DNA of 64,000 nt, taken from positions 21,570,647 to 21,634,646 of the forward strand of contig NC_081387.1 of NCBI RefSeq assembly GCF_030684315.1, read 5' to 3'. The notes under the pieces were generated by a model. The model worked only from the letters and a program-made list of their open reading frames with translations. It was not told the origin of the DNA and did not search any database. Both the position numbers and the translations under genes were made by a program. Positions within the stretch are counted from its first letter, which is position 1, and each line of letters begins with the position of its first letter. Of the stretch, positions 50,488 to 64,000 are shown in pieces. The stretch is from Stegostoma tigrinum (Eukaryota).

Positions 50488-53139
50488 GTAAGGAGGGGGA
50501 GGGGGAGGGAGTGTTGGGGGAATCAGGACAGGGGGAGATAACAACAGGACGGGGCTTGGAGCGGGGAGCAGGACTGGAGCGGGGCAGGGGTAACAGGACA
50601 GGTGGGGAGGGGGCACAGGAGGTGGGCGGGTTCGAATCAGGACAGGACGGTGGGGAGGTAGAGAGATGGGATGGGATGGAAATGGGGGGGTAATCATGAC
50701 AAAGAGAGGGGATCAGATGGGGAGGGGTGAGCGGGCAACAGGATGAGGGGTAACATGACAGGGGGAGACGGGGAGATGAGTAATGGGGGTGTGAGGAGAA
50801 GGTCAGTTATATCAGTGGTGATTGTGTTTTTGTGGTTTCTCCAATTCTTTTATTTTAGTAGCCTACTGGGCCTGTATCTGTCTGCTGATCAGTAACAATG
50901 ATGCTACTGGTTCTTCACGATATTTTTAGTTTATCTGAACTGCTCAGTCTGGGGGTATCTGTCGTGGAAAAATGTTTGCGTGGATGTGCCAGTGCTTATA
51001 GGAGCCGTGGCTGTGTGTTCTAAGCACGGAATAGTCACAGCAGTGAGGAGTTTCAGTCAAAGATTGAATTTTAGAGGCGCAGGAAGGAATCTGTGCCAGC
51101 CTGTACTGTAGTATCACAGGCTTTGTCATAGATTTTTAACAAAAGGGAAACTCTTGAATGTTGGCTTTACAATTGTATTCTGCTGAGGCGAGGGAACCAC
51201 TGTACTAGCTTTTAGTGCATGGATTGTATTCCAGAAAGTTCAGGAATTGATTAGATTGCTCTACCATATGGTCAATGCAGACGAGACAGGCTGAATGGTT
51301 GCTTGCATGATAGCATGGCATGACGTTAGTGTGTTCAGCACAACAGATCATTTGATTGCTAGTCCATGTTGTGTTTATGTTCCATTCAATCCGCCCTCCC
51401 ATCTGCCCTCATCTAAATATGCCATCATGATTATCTATTCCTTTCTCCTGTCTAATTATTCTTTAAATACATCTCAACTATTTGCCTGGTTGTTTGTTAG
51501 TTCAGTTGTAGATGCTTGGTTTGTGATGCAGACTGATGCCAACAGCATGGGTTAAATTCCCATTCTGATTGAGGTCATCGTAAAGGTCCCTTCTCCACCT
51601 CACTCTACACCAGTGGCGTGGTGACCCTCAAGTGAAATTCACTTCCAGTCATCTCTTTCTTTCATTCCTTCCCTCTTTCTCAGTCACTCAGAAGAGAAGG
51701 TAAGCAGCCTGTGGTCTTCTGGAACTATTTGCCTCCACCACCTCCTGTGTTTGCAAGTTTCCCATTCTCACCACTCTGTGAATGAGAGAGTTTCCTGTGA
51801 ATTCCTGATTGGATTTTTTAGTTACTCACAGAGATCATTAGTAGTCTTATTCTGTCCCACACAAGGAAATACTCTTTGCTCATACTCCAAAACTGTCTAT
51901 AATTTTAAAATAACTCTTTTAGTTCACCCGGGCCCTTTTTCAAGAGAAAAGAGACACAGCTTGTCAAGTAAAAGCAAAATAGTGTGAATGCTGGAAATCA
52001 GAAATAGAAACAAAGCATATCTTGTTGGTAATGACCTGAAACCAACTAGAATGACCACATACATACTCTGACTCTGACAGCAAGACAGACATTAGGAGCT
52101 GTGCGGTGAGTACCTGGCCTCCTAACTCTTGAAACCCTGCTCAACATCTGTAGGGTGCTCAGGAAGAATGTGATGGGATACCCTCCACTTAAATGGATGA
52201 CTGTAGGTCCAGGAGCACTCCAAGTTCAACACTGTGTCCAGAACAAAGCAGTCCGTTTGACTGGCAACTTATCCCCCATCTTCAATATTCAATTCCTCCA
52301 CTTTTGACATGCAGTGGCAGCCTGGTATATTGTCATGTGGGGAGAGATGACCGCATGGTATTATCACCAGGCCATTAACCCAGGGACCTAGACTTGGACC
52401 CCATCATGGCAGATGGTTGAATTTGAATCCAGTAAAAATCTGGAATCAGGAGTCTAAAGACAACTAAGAAGCACTTGTTGATTGTCATAAAAAAGCCTAT
52501 GTACCTATGTAATATACTGCAAGGGAGGAAACTGCCATTCTTACCTGGTCTGGCCTACATGTCACTCCAGATCTACAGCAATGTGGTTAACTTCTAACTG
52601 CCGTCTGGCCAATTAGGGGTGGACAGTTAATGCTGGCCTAGCTATTGAACCCCACTTCCCATGAAGAAAATTTTGCTACTTTGAACGTACTATGCAGCAA
52701 CTCATCAAGGCTCCTTTGATAGCACCTTCCAAGCCTGCAGCCTGTATTACTTAGAAGAACAAGGAGAGCTGAAACATGGGGCACCAACAGCTGCAAACTT
52801 CTCCCTCAAGTTATCATGACTTGAAACTATACAGCCATCCCTTAATGTCGCTGTGTAAGATCCTCGAACTGCCACCCTAACGTACAGTCGTGCGCCCAAT
52901 CTCTCACGGACTTCTGCAGTTCAAGAAGGCAACTCACCTCTGCCCTCTCAAGGACAATCAGGCATGGGGCAGCCATTGACACTGATGTTCCATGAACAAA
53001 TGAGACCGTCTCAGGTGAGAGAAGCTCTATTAACATTTTAAGTTTTACATAAAACTTAAAAACTGAGGAAAAGTGGAAGTGTGGTGGATTTAAACTGTTT
53101 CAAAAGAGAAGAGAAAGTTCTGAGTGGTTTAAGATTGAC

Positions 53140-56100
53140 AAAGATTAACTAACAAACATCACAGAACAACCACCAATCCCTTCCTGACATGTGTCTGCAA
53201 ATTTCTGGTATTTGCATGTGTAAAACTTTGTTGCACCCTCTCCGAATCTTCAAAATCCTTTCTATAACTTGTGACCAGTCTAGATGCAGTACGCTTAAAT
53301 CTAGCCCGATCAAAGTTCAATCCAAGATTGACACAACTTTTTGTTAGTTTTCAATTTTATTCTGCTTGAAATAAAGCCTAGTGCTTGGTTTTCTTTTGTT
53401 TTTACAGCCTTGCAAACCTGTGCTGCAACTTTTGTGCATTTTTAATCATCTTCCTGACTCCACATTCTTTGACCTTAAGTCTATTCTGGGACTTCATGTT
53501 GAAGGCCTTGGAAAAAATCCAAATGAGTTCCATCTGTTGTATTGCCACCCCTCTGCCGTTACCTCAACAAAATTCGATGATTGTGAAGCGGAATATCAAG
53601 ATGTCTGTTTCTGTTCTGCCCCTCAGTAGGCCTTGTTTATTTTTCTTGCTAGTGATGTTCAGCTCACTGCTCTAGAGTACCCAAGATATATCCTGTTCTC
53701 CTTGAATATGGGATTACATTAGCAACACTAGCTTGTCCTCTGGTGCTAGTTGTTATGAGTAGAAATGCTTTTGCTGTTTTTCCCCAGGATTCTTTTGAAA
53801 TATGCAAAGGCAATATATCAGGGGTTTATCCTCTACTTTTGTTCAACTTCTTCAATGTTTCCTTTTTATTTTAAATGTTCTTTCTATTTCTGTATATTCA
53901 GTGACTTATTTACTAGTCTAGCTCCCTAGAAAATACCAGATCAAAATAACACGTGTGGGATCTTCAGCTGTTTTGGGATTGAGCTGCTTGCTATTGTATG
54001 GTATGCCTTAGTTTAAATTAGTTTCCGAGCAAAGAAAATCCACTAACAGTTTGGGTAAGGGCCAAAAATGATGGAATCAGTAACAACAGGAACTGATGGT
54101 TTATAACGAATTTCTTGCTTATGCACACTCTGGCTTTTTTTCTCTAAAAAGTGTTGTATCATATCCTGTGTATGTTAATCTCAGCCACAGAGAAGAAGAG
54201 GGTTTGCATTTAAATAATCCTCTGTGACCAGTTATGTAAATTTGAAATGTTGGCTCCATTGTCAGGGCAATGGCACTCTGAGTTGCCTATTCAGAGATGG
54301 TAAAGATGTGAAAGATTGAATGGCCTCCTCTGTAGTTGTGTAATGTAGGAAAATGCTGTAACCAGTCTGTGTGCAACAAGATTCTTCAACAGTGATGGGA
54401 TGACGATCAGCAGGTCTTGTGTTCTACTTTTAGAGAGAAGTTGATTTGAACATCAGGGAGAATTTCCATGCTCCTACGATCATCATGTAGGACATTTAGA
54501 TTCACCTGAGAGGACAGGTGACTTACCATTTAATTTGAAGGTCCATGCCTCTGGAAATGCAACACATGCTCTGGACTGCTTTTAAGTGTGGACCTGCATT
54601 ACTGAGCATGATTTCTGAGTGAAATTTGAGCACCAACCCTCTGACAAGTTAAGAGAAAGCCAAACTCATAATCAATAAAAAATAGTCATATCTCATATGA
54701 GATTCCCAGAGTTAGTTTTATCCAGAGGATAGTTAAATGTTGAGTTTGCTCATATCCAATGGTTGAGGTGAGTAGCAGTGATTATATTTAACAGGAAGTT
54801 GGATGAGTTTGAAAGAAATCAAAGGATGAGATGACAGTAGGTGAACACAGTGTGGAGAATTTGGGGGCAAGTGGCCTTTTTTTGCATTGCAGACCAACAA
54901 TGATGCTATCTGAAATCATTGACTAGCTTAGTCAAAAAATGTAAGGAAAACTTTTTGATGTATTTTGATTAAAGTCAAACCTTATGCTCCTTCCATAGCC
55001 AGTATGTATATTTTCTTCAGTGGTCAATTCTCCTCCTATGTGGGACACCATCAAAAGTTACCTGTAAATCTAAATACACCTTATCTACTGGTTCTCCTTT
55101 GTTTATACCAGAAGTAACATGCTCAAAGAAAATCTCCTGAGCTTATCTGATGTGATTTCCCATTCATGAATCCACATTCACTCCAATCTTGAAGATAGAA
55201 GAAAAATACCTAATTAGTTTCTCTGCCATTCCCTGTTTTACATTATAAATTCTCCAGTCCTCACCTTTAACAGCCCACATTTGTCCTTTGCTTATCTTTT
55301 CTCTTTACATGTCAATTGAAGCTCTTGCAGATCATCTTTACGAGCCTCACTCGGTTGCATTCATATTCTTGTCTTCCAGTTTATCTGTTTATGACTTTTT
55401 TTAGTCATAAATTGCTCCCTATCCTCAGGCTTAGATTAGATTAAAGGATGTAGGATGTAATGTAATTTTTCACTTCTGTAAACCATGGTTTTTTTTTCAA
55501 CTTCCCTTTGGGTGTTTGCACCCAAGAGGAATGTATTTATGTTGTAGACCTTGCTGTATTTCTTTAAATACAAACCATTGAGTCTACCATCAAATCTTTC
55601 AATCTACCACAGCCAGCTTACTGCTTGTGCCCTTATACGTTTGTTCAAATTTATTACCCTAATTTCTCTGTGAACTGTGTTACATTCGACCTTCATGCAA
55701 ATTCTGTATAAAGCTCCCTTTCCAGGACATAACACCAAATCCAAAAAGTCTAATCCATAGTTGGGTCCTCAATGTACGATTCCAGAAACCCACCTTGTAC
55801 ACACTCCTGCGAATCATCTTTCAAGGCATTAGTGCTGAATTGTTTATCTCATCTACATATAAATTGAAGACCTCCATTATTAGTGCAATGCCCACATCTT
55901 AAATTTCTTATTCTATAATGTTGGGCACATTATAAAATACAAAATTTATACTTCACTTTACTGTCTCCTAGCTTTACCCAAACTGTTTCTAAATCTTGAA
56001 TGTCAAAGTCCCTCTCTTACTTATGTACAATGTCATCTTTTAATAGGTGTACTGCACCATCTCCTTTTGCCCTTTTCTGTCTCTCCACGTGTAGAATTAC

Positions 56101-56650
56101 CTTAGATACATAGTTCATGATGTTGGTCACCCTAAAGCCGTATCTTTGTAATGACAACTAAATCATATCCATTTACCTCAATTTAAGCATTGAATTCATC
56201 AAAATATTTGCAAATGCTGTGAGCATTCAGAGAGAAGCTCTTTTATTCAGCCTTTTTAACATTGTTCTCCATTTTGACTCTACTGGATGCCTGATATTGC
56301 TTAATTTATTTTTGCTTACTATTATTTTACTTCCTTCTACTAGTTTTGCTTCCCTTGAATCTGAGCTCTCCAGTTAATTCCATCCTGCTACCATCTAGTT
56401 CAAACCCTCCTCCCTATAGCATGATAAAATGTCTGTGTAAGGAAATTAATCCTGGTCCTGGCAAAACCTGCTCCAGAACTGTACTGCAGAAATCTAATGC
56501 CCTATCTCGTACAATTGTTTTCCAGGCCTGTGCTCAATCCCTCTTGTCTCCTGCTTCTATGCTCGTTAGATGTGGGGCTGAGAGTATTCCTGAAATGACA
56601 CTTTTTCAGTCTGCTTCTTAGCTCCCTGGAATATGCTTTCAGGACCTCAT
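53140..56650 (-). mobile_element. Patchwork of old CR1 fragments
   Basis: Scattered decayed RT/endonuclease-like segments; boundaries approximate. Confidence 0.5.
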
Positions 56651-57223
56651 TCCACCACCAACACCCCTTCTTCTCCCTGCCCCCCCCCCCCCCCTCCCCC
56701 GGCACACGCACACGCACACCTGAGTCATCCATGTCAACATGAATAACTGTCTGGGATTGTTGACCTTTTTCCCCTGAAAAATATCCTGACCTCAAGGAGC
56801 ACTCTTTTGCTGTTCAAAAGATTGGCTCTGGGAGCTCTCGCATCGACCTGAGATGGATACAATTTAATTTTGCATCCAAAAGAATGTAGCATCTCTTCAA
56901 AACTGGTTTTGGATTTTTCTGCTTGAGTCTCTGAACTAGAATTTGAAGACCCAACTTTGACAGATTTGCGAATGCTGTTTGCTGATTTGAGACTAAAACA
57001 TGGCATACCACTGTTAGGAAATACTTAGTATTGAGCTTCTGTTGAAATTTTAGGGGAACACTGCTTTTTCATTTGCCAGGCAAGTTGAACTTGTATGTCT
57101 GCTTTGTAATTGCTTACGCCTTTGTCTGTTAATAAATACTTTGCAGTGAACTGAACAATGTGACAATCATGTCCCCTCACACACCACCCCACCCACAACT
57201 CAAACCTAATTAGCTATTATTTA

Positions 57224-57426
57224 GCAATAGTAGGAACTGCAGATGCTGGGGAATCTGAGATAACAAGGTGTAGAACTAGATGAACACAGCAGAATGAGCA
57301 GGAAGGCTGATGTTTCCGGCCTGGACCTTTTCCTGAAGACAGGTCTAGACCCGAAACGTCAGCCTCCCTGCTCCTCTGATGCTGCTTGGCCTGCTGTGTT
57401 CATCCAGCTCCACACCTTTGTTATTC
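57224..57426 (-). mobile_element. PLE fold-back mini-insertion, 13 bp TSD
   Basis: TAGCTATTATTTA at 57211-57223 and 57427-57439; two opposed hammerhead-region halves meet near 57330. Confidence 0.82.
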
Positions 57427-57850
57427 TAGCTATTATTTAATTTGGTTTGGGAAATTCAGTTTTAATTTATTCACGTGTGTCACTGATTAGTTGTTGTCCT
57501 TACTTAATTGATCTGGAGAAAGTAGTGGTGCATTGCATTTTAGCTGTCACAGTCCACATTGTACAGGTATAATGGTCGAGGGAGTGACTGTTGAAGTTGA
57601 TGGATGGGCTGCTCTTCAAGTAGGCGGCTTTGTTCTGTGTGGTGTCCAGCACCAGCAGTGTTGGCTGCATTTTACAAGCAATTGGGAACACCTCTGTCAC
57701 ATTCCTGTGCTGTGTAGACAGTGAACAGGCTTTGGGGAGTCAGGAGGTGTCTTATCTTCGCATTTTTGCTTTTGTTATGCCTATTTCAAGCTCGCAGTTT
57801 TATTAACAACTTGTGAGTTGAGCTACCAGACAGAACTTCTATTTGGTTGA

Positions 57851-58007
57851 TGAAATGTGAGGCTGGATGAACACAGCAGGCCCAGCAGCATCTCAGGAGC
57901 ACAAAAGCTTTTGTGCTCCTGAGATGCTGCTGGGCCTGCTGTGTTCATCCAGCCTCACATTTCATTATCTTGGATTCTCCAGCATCTGCAGTTCCCATTA
58001 TCACTGA
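57851..58007 (+). mobile_element. PLE fold-back mini-insertion containing a perfect 116 bp palindrome, 14 bp TSD
   Basis: 57850-57965 is a perfect palindrome centred on AGCT; TTCTATTTGGTTGA at 57837-57850 and 58008-58021. Confidence 0.9.
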
Positions 58008-61000
58008 TTCTATTTGGTTGACCTTTGCTAAACATCAGAATTTAATTTTATGTAGCCATTTCGGTGCACTGAGGAATCATTTGTTTTGGCGGATGTATTT
58101 TAAGTATGGGATTCTGCATTGCGAGAATGTACCTAAAGATCAGCAATTTTGCATAAGATGTAAAGTAGTAACAGCCTCCCAATTAATATGCAGACCACCG
58201 CAAAACAATCTGTTGTCTTCCTATTGGACTTTGGGGGCATTTCAAGAGACATGCCTCCAGTGGCTTTTATCACCTGCACTAGTCTCAATTGATGAAGTAT
58301 TTTTACGTGCACAAATAAAGCTGTTCTGCAGGGAGTGTGGATCTGACGGAAAGTTTCCATGAGGTTGTCTCTTGGCCCTTCCATTTAATTCAGTTACATT
58401 TATTTTATTTAATTTGTGGCTGGCAATATTAGTCAAACAGAAACACTCAATTGCTTTGTCCAGAAAGCATCTTTTTTGGATGAAGCTGGTTAGTGCTTCT
58501 GCTCTGTTGGAATCGTGGTTCTTCTGCAATTTGTTTATACAGATGATCTTTTGTGCTAAAAATCTAACGGACAAAATAACACAAACCACTTTCTCTTTTC
58601 ACTGTCCGCACCCTGCTGATTAAGAGTGCAATGCCTTGGGTGAAAGTCCAACGCATTTGTCTGTCTGTGCTTTGTTTTAAAATATACAGTGGCCTGATTA
58701 GTGTGGAACTGCACCACTGCTGTATATTCTCAGCAGAGTGATCTGCTGTGAGCTGGCTTCTGATTCCTAATTCCTGGGGATGCCTGAGCCTCCTTTTATA
58801 CTGCACAGCCCGAAACCTTCTGTTTTCTGTCTTGCTTGTGCTGAAATGGGAGTTTTAGACAAATTTGGCTGGAGAGGTGTAAGAAGAGGAAAAGATTCAG
58901 TGCAAATTTAGTAAATAAGGCAGCCAATTTGGGGCACATGTGGTACGTAAGTTGGGAGAAATTGCTTTTTATGGTACAATGGTTCTGAGCACAGCTATTA
59001 TGAAAATGTGGCTCAAGAAAAAGTAGCAATGACAGTACAATGTTTCTGGCTAGAATGTCTGCAGATGTGATTAGAGATGATGGGAAAAGAAAAAGAAAGA
59101 CCTAATGAAAATTATGGCTTAAAGAAAGAAATACAAAATGTAATGTGAAAGGAGCATCATATGAATTTATATGGTATAAACTGAGGAGCAAATCACACTG
59201 CCAGGAATATACTACCTTGCCTCAAACAGTGATATAAAGAGTGGATAGAAAAACAACTAAGTGGCTGAACAATAAATTCTCCTAATATTAATAGGATAAA
59301 TTTATAAGTGGTATAAAGTATGCAGACATGTTAAAAGGTCTTTCGACTTTTAAGTTAGCACGTTACAAACTCAGTGTGTTCTGGACTTGGGTTTTAAGGA
59401 ATGAAGCTGGGTGGGTGGATGGGCTTAAGAGGTAAGATTTGATAGGCGGATTTTTTTTCTTTTAAAACATGAGATTTCATTTGAAGTATAAACCAGTGGC
59501 CTAGAATAAGTCGGGAGTTCAAATGACAATGTGGATAGCATCCCAGCCTCTGAACCAAAGACCCAGTTTCAAATCCCACTGCAGGACTTTGATGGCCAAG
59601 GCTGGTGCCTTAAAATCATGAGCAATCAAGCTGTAAACCCTTTAATTCACTCTGCCAAGCTAAAGGAGTGGGAAAGTTTCTTTCAGTCATTCGGCAAGAG
59701 GCAATAGCAAACCACTATAGTGGCCTGCCAAGCATAAGCGTTGACTATGTAAAATGGAAATCTGCAGCTCCAAACTGCGAGAGGAAGATAATTAAAAACA
59801 AGGGAAGTCTTTCTATCAAGTTCGGTTAGCCTTTTGTCCTAATTGCTTGTTGACTGAGAGGCAACTACTGGACAGGGAGAGCTAGCCATGCACCTCTTAA
59901 CGATTTGTCTGAGATCATTTGTGCCCACCTGAGAGGGTCTTTTGGCTGATTGCTTCATGTGCAAGATCAAAGGTCAGTATTTGCAAAATAAACATGCATA
60001 CAATGGTTTTCCTGTCATTACTAAGTCAACCATGAAACACAGGTGCTTTCACTAAATAAGCTGTAGTGTACAAATTGAACTCTCTTGCTGCATCATGGAA
60101 TTTGGTAGAGGGTTGAAATTTGTTCGGGTGGCGAAATGTAGTTGGGGGCTAGTGCGTGTGAGGTGTTGACTAATTTACAAGGGGGTTTTGCAATAAAACG
60201 AAACCTCTTTTTCTATAAGGCACAAAAACACTTCCTATTCCTTCAGTGTCCTAACTTGATTTCCCACAAGAACATAAGTTGCACCTGTTAGTTTTGACAA
60301 GCTTAATTCTCTACTGGGTTTAGCAGTTTTCCATTTAAGAGTTAAATGCTTGAGGCATGGTTTGTTCTTTCTTAATTACACCTTCACCATCCTAATACGA
60401 TAATCAGCTGTATTGAAGCAGGAAAAACAAAGATCTCTGCAACCTTCTAAGTCTTGAATATCTCTAACTTTATTCACTTGACTGTGTCCAACCAGTTTTT
60501 CAGCCGCCTTAGCAATACCCTCCACAGTTTACTACATACATTTCTCTGCCTTCTTGGATACAGAAGAGATAATCTTTATTTGACCAAGCTTTGAAAAGCA
60601 ATCTCAAGTGCCTGGGCATAGTGCTTTGTTTTGATTATCACTTCTATAGAGTTGAATACTCATGACATGGCCCAGATGTAATGGGAGATGGCCAAAACCT
60701 TTCTGCTGGGGACTAAGCTATTACAATTATTTCCAGGTGACTCTTCATGTTTGAAATTTGACCATTTTGAAAATTGAAAATATTCACATTTAAAATGTCG
60801 ATAGAATCTCTAAATCTCATTGTTATATTTGGAACCACAGAGTTCAAAATATTGGTTGTTATTTATAGACTGTGCAGCAATGAGTATCATAAGCTGTTTC
60901 CTGTGCGCAGCCACAGTTCAGTAGGTCTCAAATTCACATTTGCCTCGTGCAGTCAAACAGTTGGATTTTGTTAAGCACTTTGGGAGAAAGTGGTATTTCA

Positions 61001-62199
61001 CTGCAAAGAAGTATGAATACTTAGAGTTGTTTGAATTTGTTGAAAGAATTGAAAGGTAGCATTAAAGCACTTGTTACGTGTTACTTTGCAGGAGCTTGGA
61101 AACTTTAGTCCACAAATGGCTTCCATAACCTCAGAGGTCTAAAGCACTTCTCAATCAATTAAGTACTTTTGAAATGCAGTCATTGTAGTTATGGGAAATT
61201 TTTTTGAGGGAAATTCAGGGTAAGCAATGAATACTGGTTTTATCTACAACAATCATATCCCAAGAATGAGTATGAAAAAGACTAACTCCAATTTATAGAT
61301 TTTTTAAAATTAGATTGTGATTTTCTGTTGAGGGAAGATTAAGAGTTTACGTACAGATTAACCATGGTCTAATTGAAATTTAGAGCAAATTCAAAGGGCT
61401 ACTTGCTCCTGTCCTTACCTTATCCCTTCATACTTATGCCCAAAAGGTTCTGTCTGTTTTGTCCATTCCACTTGGCTTTACATCCATGGGTTTTTGGTTG
61501 GAGTTTGAGATTTTTCCTATCCCAAGTCAGATAGGAAAGCTAGGCAGACAGGTAGGGGGAGGGAGCAGGGTTGCCTTGTTAGTCAAAAAAAACACACAAA
61601 ACTAATTGATAGCTTCTGAGGGAGGAGAGAACTGAGATGGATCCAAGCTCCGGACATTGCTGTAAACAAATAAATTCGAGGGATGGAGCAGCAGTGAGAA
61701 AGTGGAGTTGAGCAAGATCAGCTGTGCTTTTAAATGGACCAAGCAAGATGGGCTGAATGATACATTCTTTCTTGCCAATGTAATGTGAAGTATGATCAGT
61801 CAAAAATGATCAGATGCTTCAGCTAACTGCAAGCATTATCTACGAGCTGGATTTTGTTCGCCAGCTTGGAGAATAAACAGTTTTGGAATAAATTACAAAG
61901 TGATCTATGTAGCTGAAAACACTTTCACAGTGGGTAAATGGAGAGGAGGGTGTGTACCAGAGATGATTATCCGTGGTTTGCGATGCCCATGGAAGTTAGA
62001 CATTAAAGACGGATTGCAAGATAATGAAGAAGGTCAAAATAAAAAGATAACCATCTGAAACTTGACACTAGGCTGGATGCCAGACTTTCTTTTGTTCCTT
62101 CCTGTAACGGTCTCCAGCAAGGCCAACGTTAGAAAATAGTCAATGCCTCTATTCATACTAGCAAAGGGCATGAACTCTTGCATTGTCAAATTGTATTTC

Positions 62200-63560
62200 C
62201 GATACTACTTTGCCCACTCACCTAGCATGTCCAATCTTTCTGCAGCCTCCCCACTTCCTCAACACAACCTGCACCTTCAGCTATCTTTTGTGTCATCTGC
62301 AAACTTAGGAACTGAGGGCATTGTTGCTTTGCCCACATTGTTTATGTATAACATGAATAACTACAATCCCATCTCTGACCTCTGCAGAACTGCACTAGTT
62401 ATTGGTTGTCATCTTGGAAAAGACACCTTCCTCCCTACTCCGTCTTCTGCCAGTCAGCCAGTCCTCTATCCACACCAATACATTGCCCCTGACCCCATGG
62501 CCTTGTCTTATTTTGCAGCATGCTGTGCAACACCTTGTCAGAGACTTTCTGGAAATCCAAATAGATCATGTCTGCTGGTCCTCCTTTGTCTAATTTGCTC
62601 ATTACTTTTTTCCTCAAAGATTTCAAACAGAATTATCAGGCATTACCTCCCTCAATGAGGCTGTGCTGACTCTGCCTTATTTTACCATGCACTTCCAAAA
62701 CTCTGCAACCTCTCAACTAATCGACTCTAAATTCTTAACAACCAAGGTCAGACTGACTGGCCAATAGTTTCCTTTCTTTCACCACCCTCTGTCTTGAGCA
62801 GTATTACATTAGCCATTTACTGGTTCTCTGGAATTTGGGAGGATCCCAGTGATTTCTGAAAGATCACCACCGTTATGTTGCAAATCTCCTCCGCTGTCTT
62901 TATAACTCAAGGGTGTAGTCCATATGGTGATACTTCCGTCTTCAGATCTTTGTGCTCCCATAGTACCTTCTCCTTAGTGATGGCACTACGCTCACCTCTG
63001 CCTCTTGACTCTGTTCGAGTTCAGATATGCTGCTGGTATCTTCCACTATGAAGCACCAATTCACTTCTTCCACCATTTCTTTGTTCCCCTTTACCACTAT
63101 TCCTGCCTTAATTTTCAGCAGTCCAATGTCCACTCTTGCCTTTTACATTTGTAGAAGAAAATTTCAATTTTTTTCATTACCACTTTAGTTTATTCTCATA
63201 TTTCATCATCTTCCCCCTTATTGCTTTTTTCAGTTAACCGCTCCTGGTTTTTAAAGGTTACTACGATCCTTAAGACATATGTGTTTTTTTTTCTTTTGCT
63301 TTTGACATCTTTTGTCAGCCAAGGTTGCCTCATCTGCCCCTTTAGTAAGTTTGTTCTCCCAAGATGTATTTCTGCTGTGCCTCCAAATTATCCGCAGAAA
63401 CTCATTGCTGCTCCACCATCTTCCCTGGTAGGCTCCCCTTCCAGTCAACTCTGGCCAGCTCTTCCCTCATTCCTTGTCACCTTTTACTCAGTTGTAATAC
63501 TGTAATATCAGATTCAGTCTTCTACCCCTCAAACTGTGGGAGAGACACATTTTCCAGGAG
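62200..63560 (-). mobile_element. Degraded CR1 LINE
   Basis: DMIYLDFQKVSDKV; GNKEMVEE motifs. Confidence 0.75.
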
Positions 63561-64000
63561 GAGCAGCAGCTGCTCCCGCCAGCCACGTGTTTGCTTTGAT
63601 TTGTTTGGTCCTCAAAGAACCTGTGCTTTGAAAAATTCTTTTTCCGCCTCAAATCTCTCCACTTCTGGTTTTGTTGGCTCCCTTGTCTAATTTCTGTTTC
63701 CAGTCCATAGCCTGCTGCAGCTAAAATGATTTCATGTCCTCACTTACCGACTATAAGGCACTTGTGGTAAATATTCTTACCTGAAGGAAAAATCTCGGTC
63801 TAATCACTAATGAAGAGTATAATTTGCTTTAGATTATCATGTCAATAGCAAATGTGCGAACCTCACTAACAATGATCTGTTTAGTGGCATCCCCCTCTTA
63901 ATTTGTCATTAAAGTCTTGATCAGATTTATTTAAAATATTTTCATATTATGGTCACTACCCCCTCGCGGTTCCATCACCTAAACTCTCTAATCCAGTCTG

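Noticed and set aside
50286-50693. 135 aa ORF as a single-exon gene
   Set aside because: The Gly-rich tail is read-through into a G-rich intron after a strong GTAAGG donor at 50488.
56734-58623. ORFs of 80-150 aa in non-repeat-looking sequence (possible transposase or exon remnants)
   Set aside because: No convincing motif or splice structure; would need BLASTX.
50488-64000. Further ATF6B exons
   Set aside because: Several AG..GT candidates exist, but none gave a translation I could recognise; treated as a long intron.

Overview
Eukaryotic, intron-containing, repeat-rich DNA from a cartilaginous fish (shark-type HE1 SINEs, CR1 LINEs and Penelope-like elements). Genes: two complete, convergently transcribed six-exon TRIM genes with RING, B-box, coiled-coil and PRY/SPRY (B30.2) domains (+ strand 3011-12336, 481 aa; - strand 32312-21869, 470 aa); an orphan two-exon TRIM pseudogene (38414-42983); and, after a CpG-island promoter, the first coding exon of an ATF6B-like gene (50415-50487). 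Together these suggest an MHC-linked region. The most unusual signal is a family of Penelope-like retroelements (RT + GIY-YIG) carrying minimal hammerhead-ribozyme motifs and repeatedly inserted as fold-back (inverted) structures with 12-16 bp target-site duplications. Examples are a very young 2.9 kb insertion with 1.22 kb inverted arms just upstream of the ATF6B promoter, and a perfect 116 bp palindrome whose apex lies exactly at the predicted ribozyme cleavage site. Boundaries of old transposon fragments are approximate; no database searches were run.
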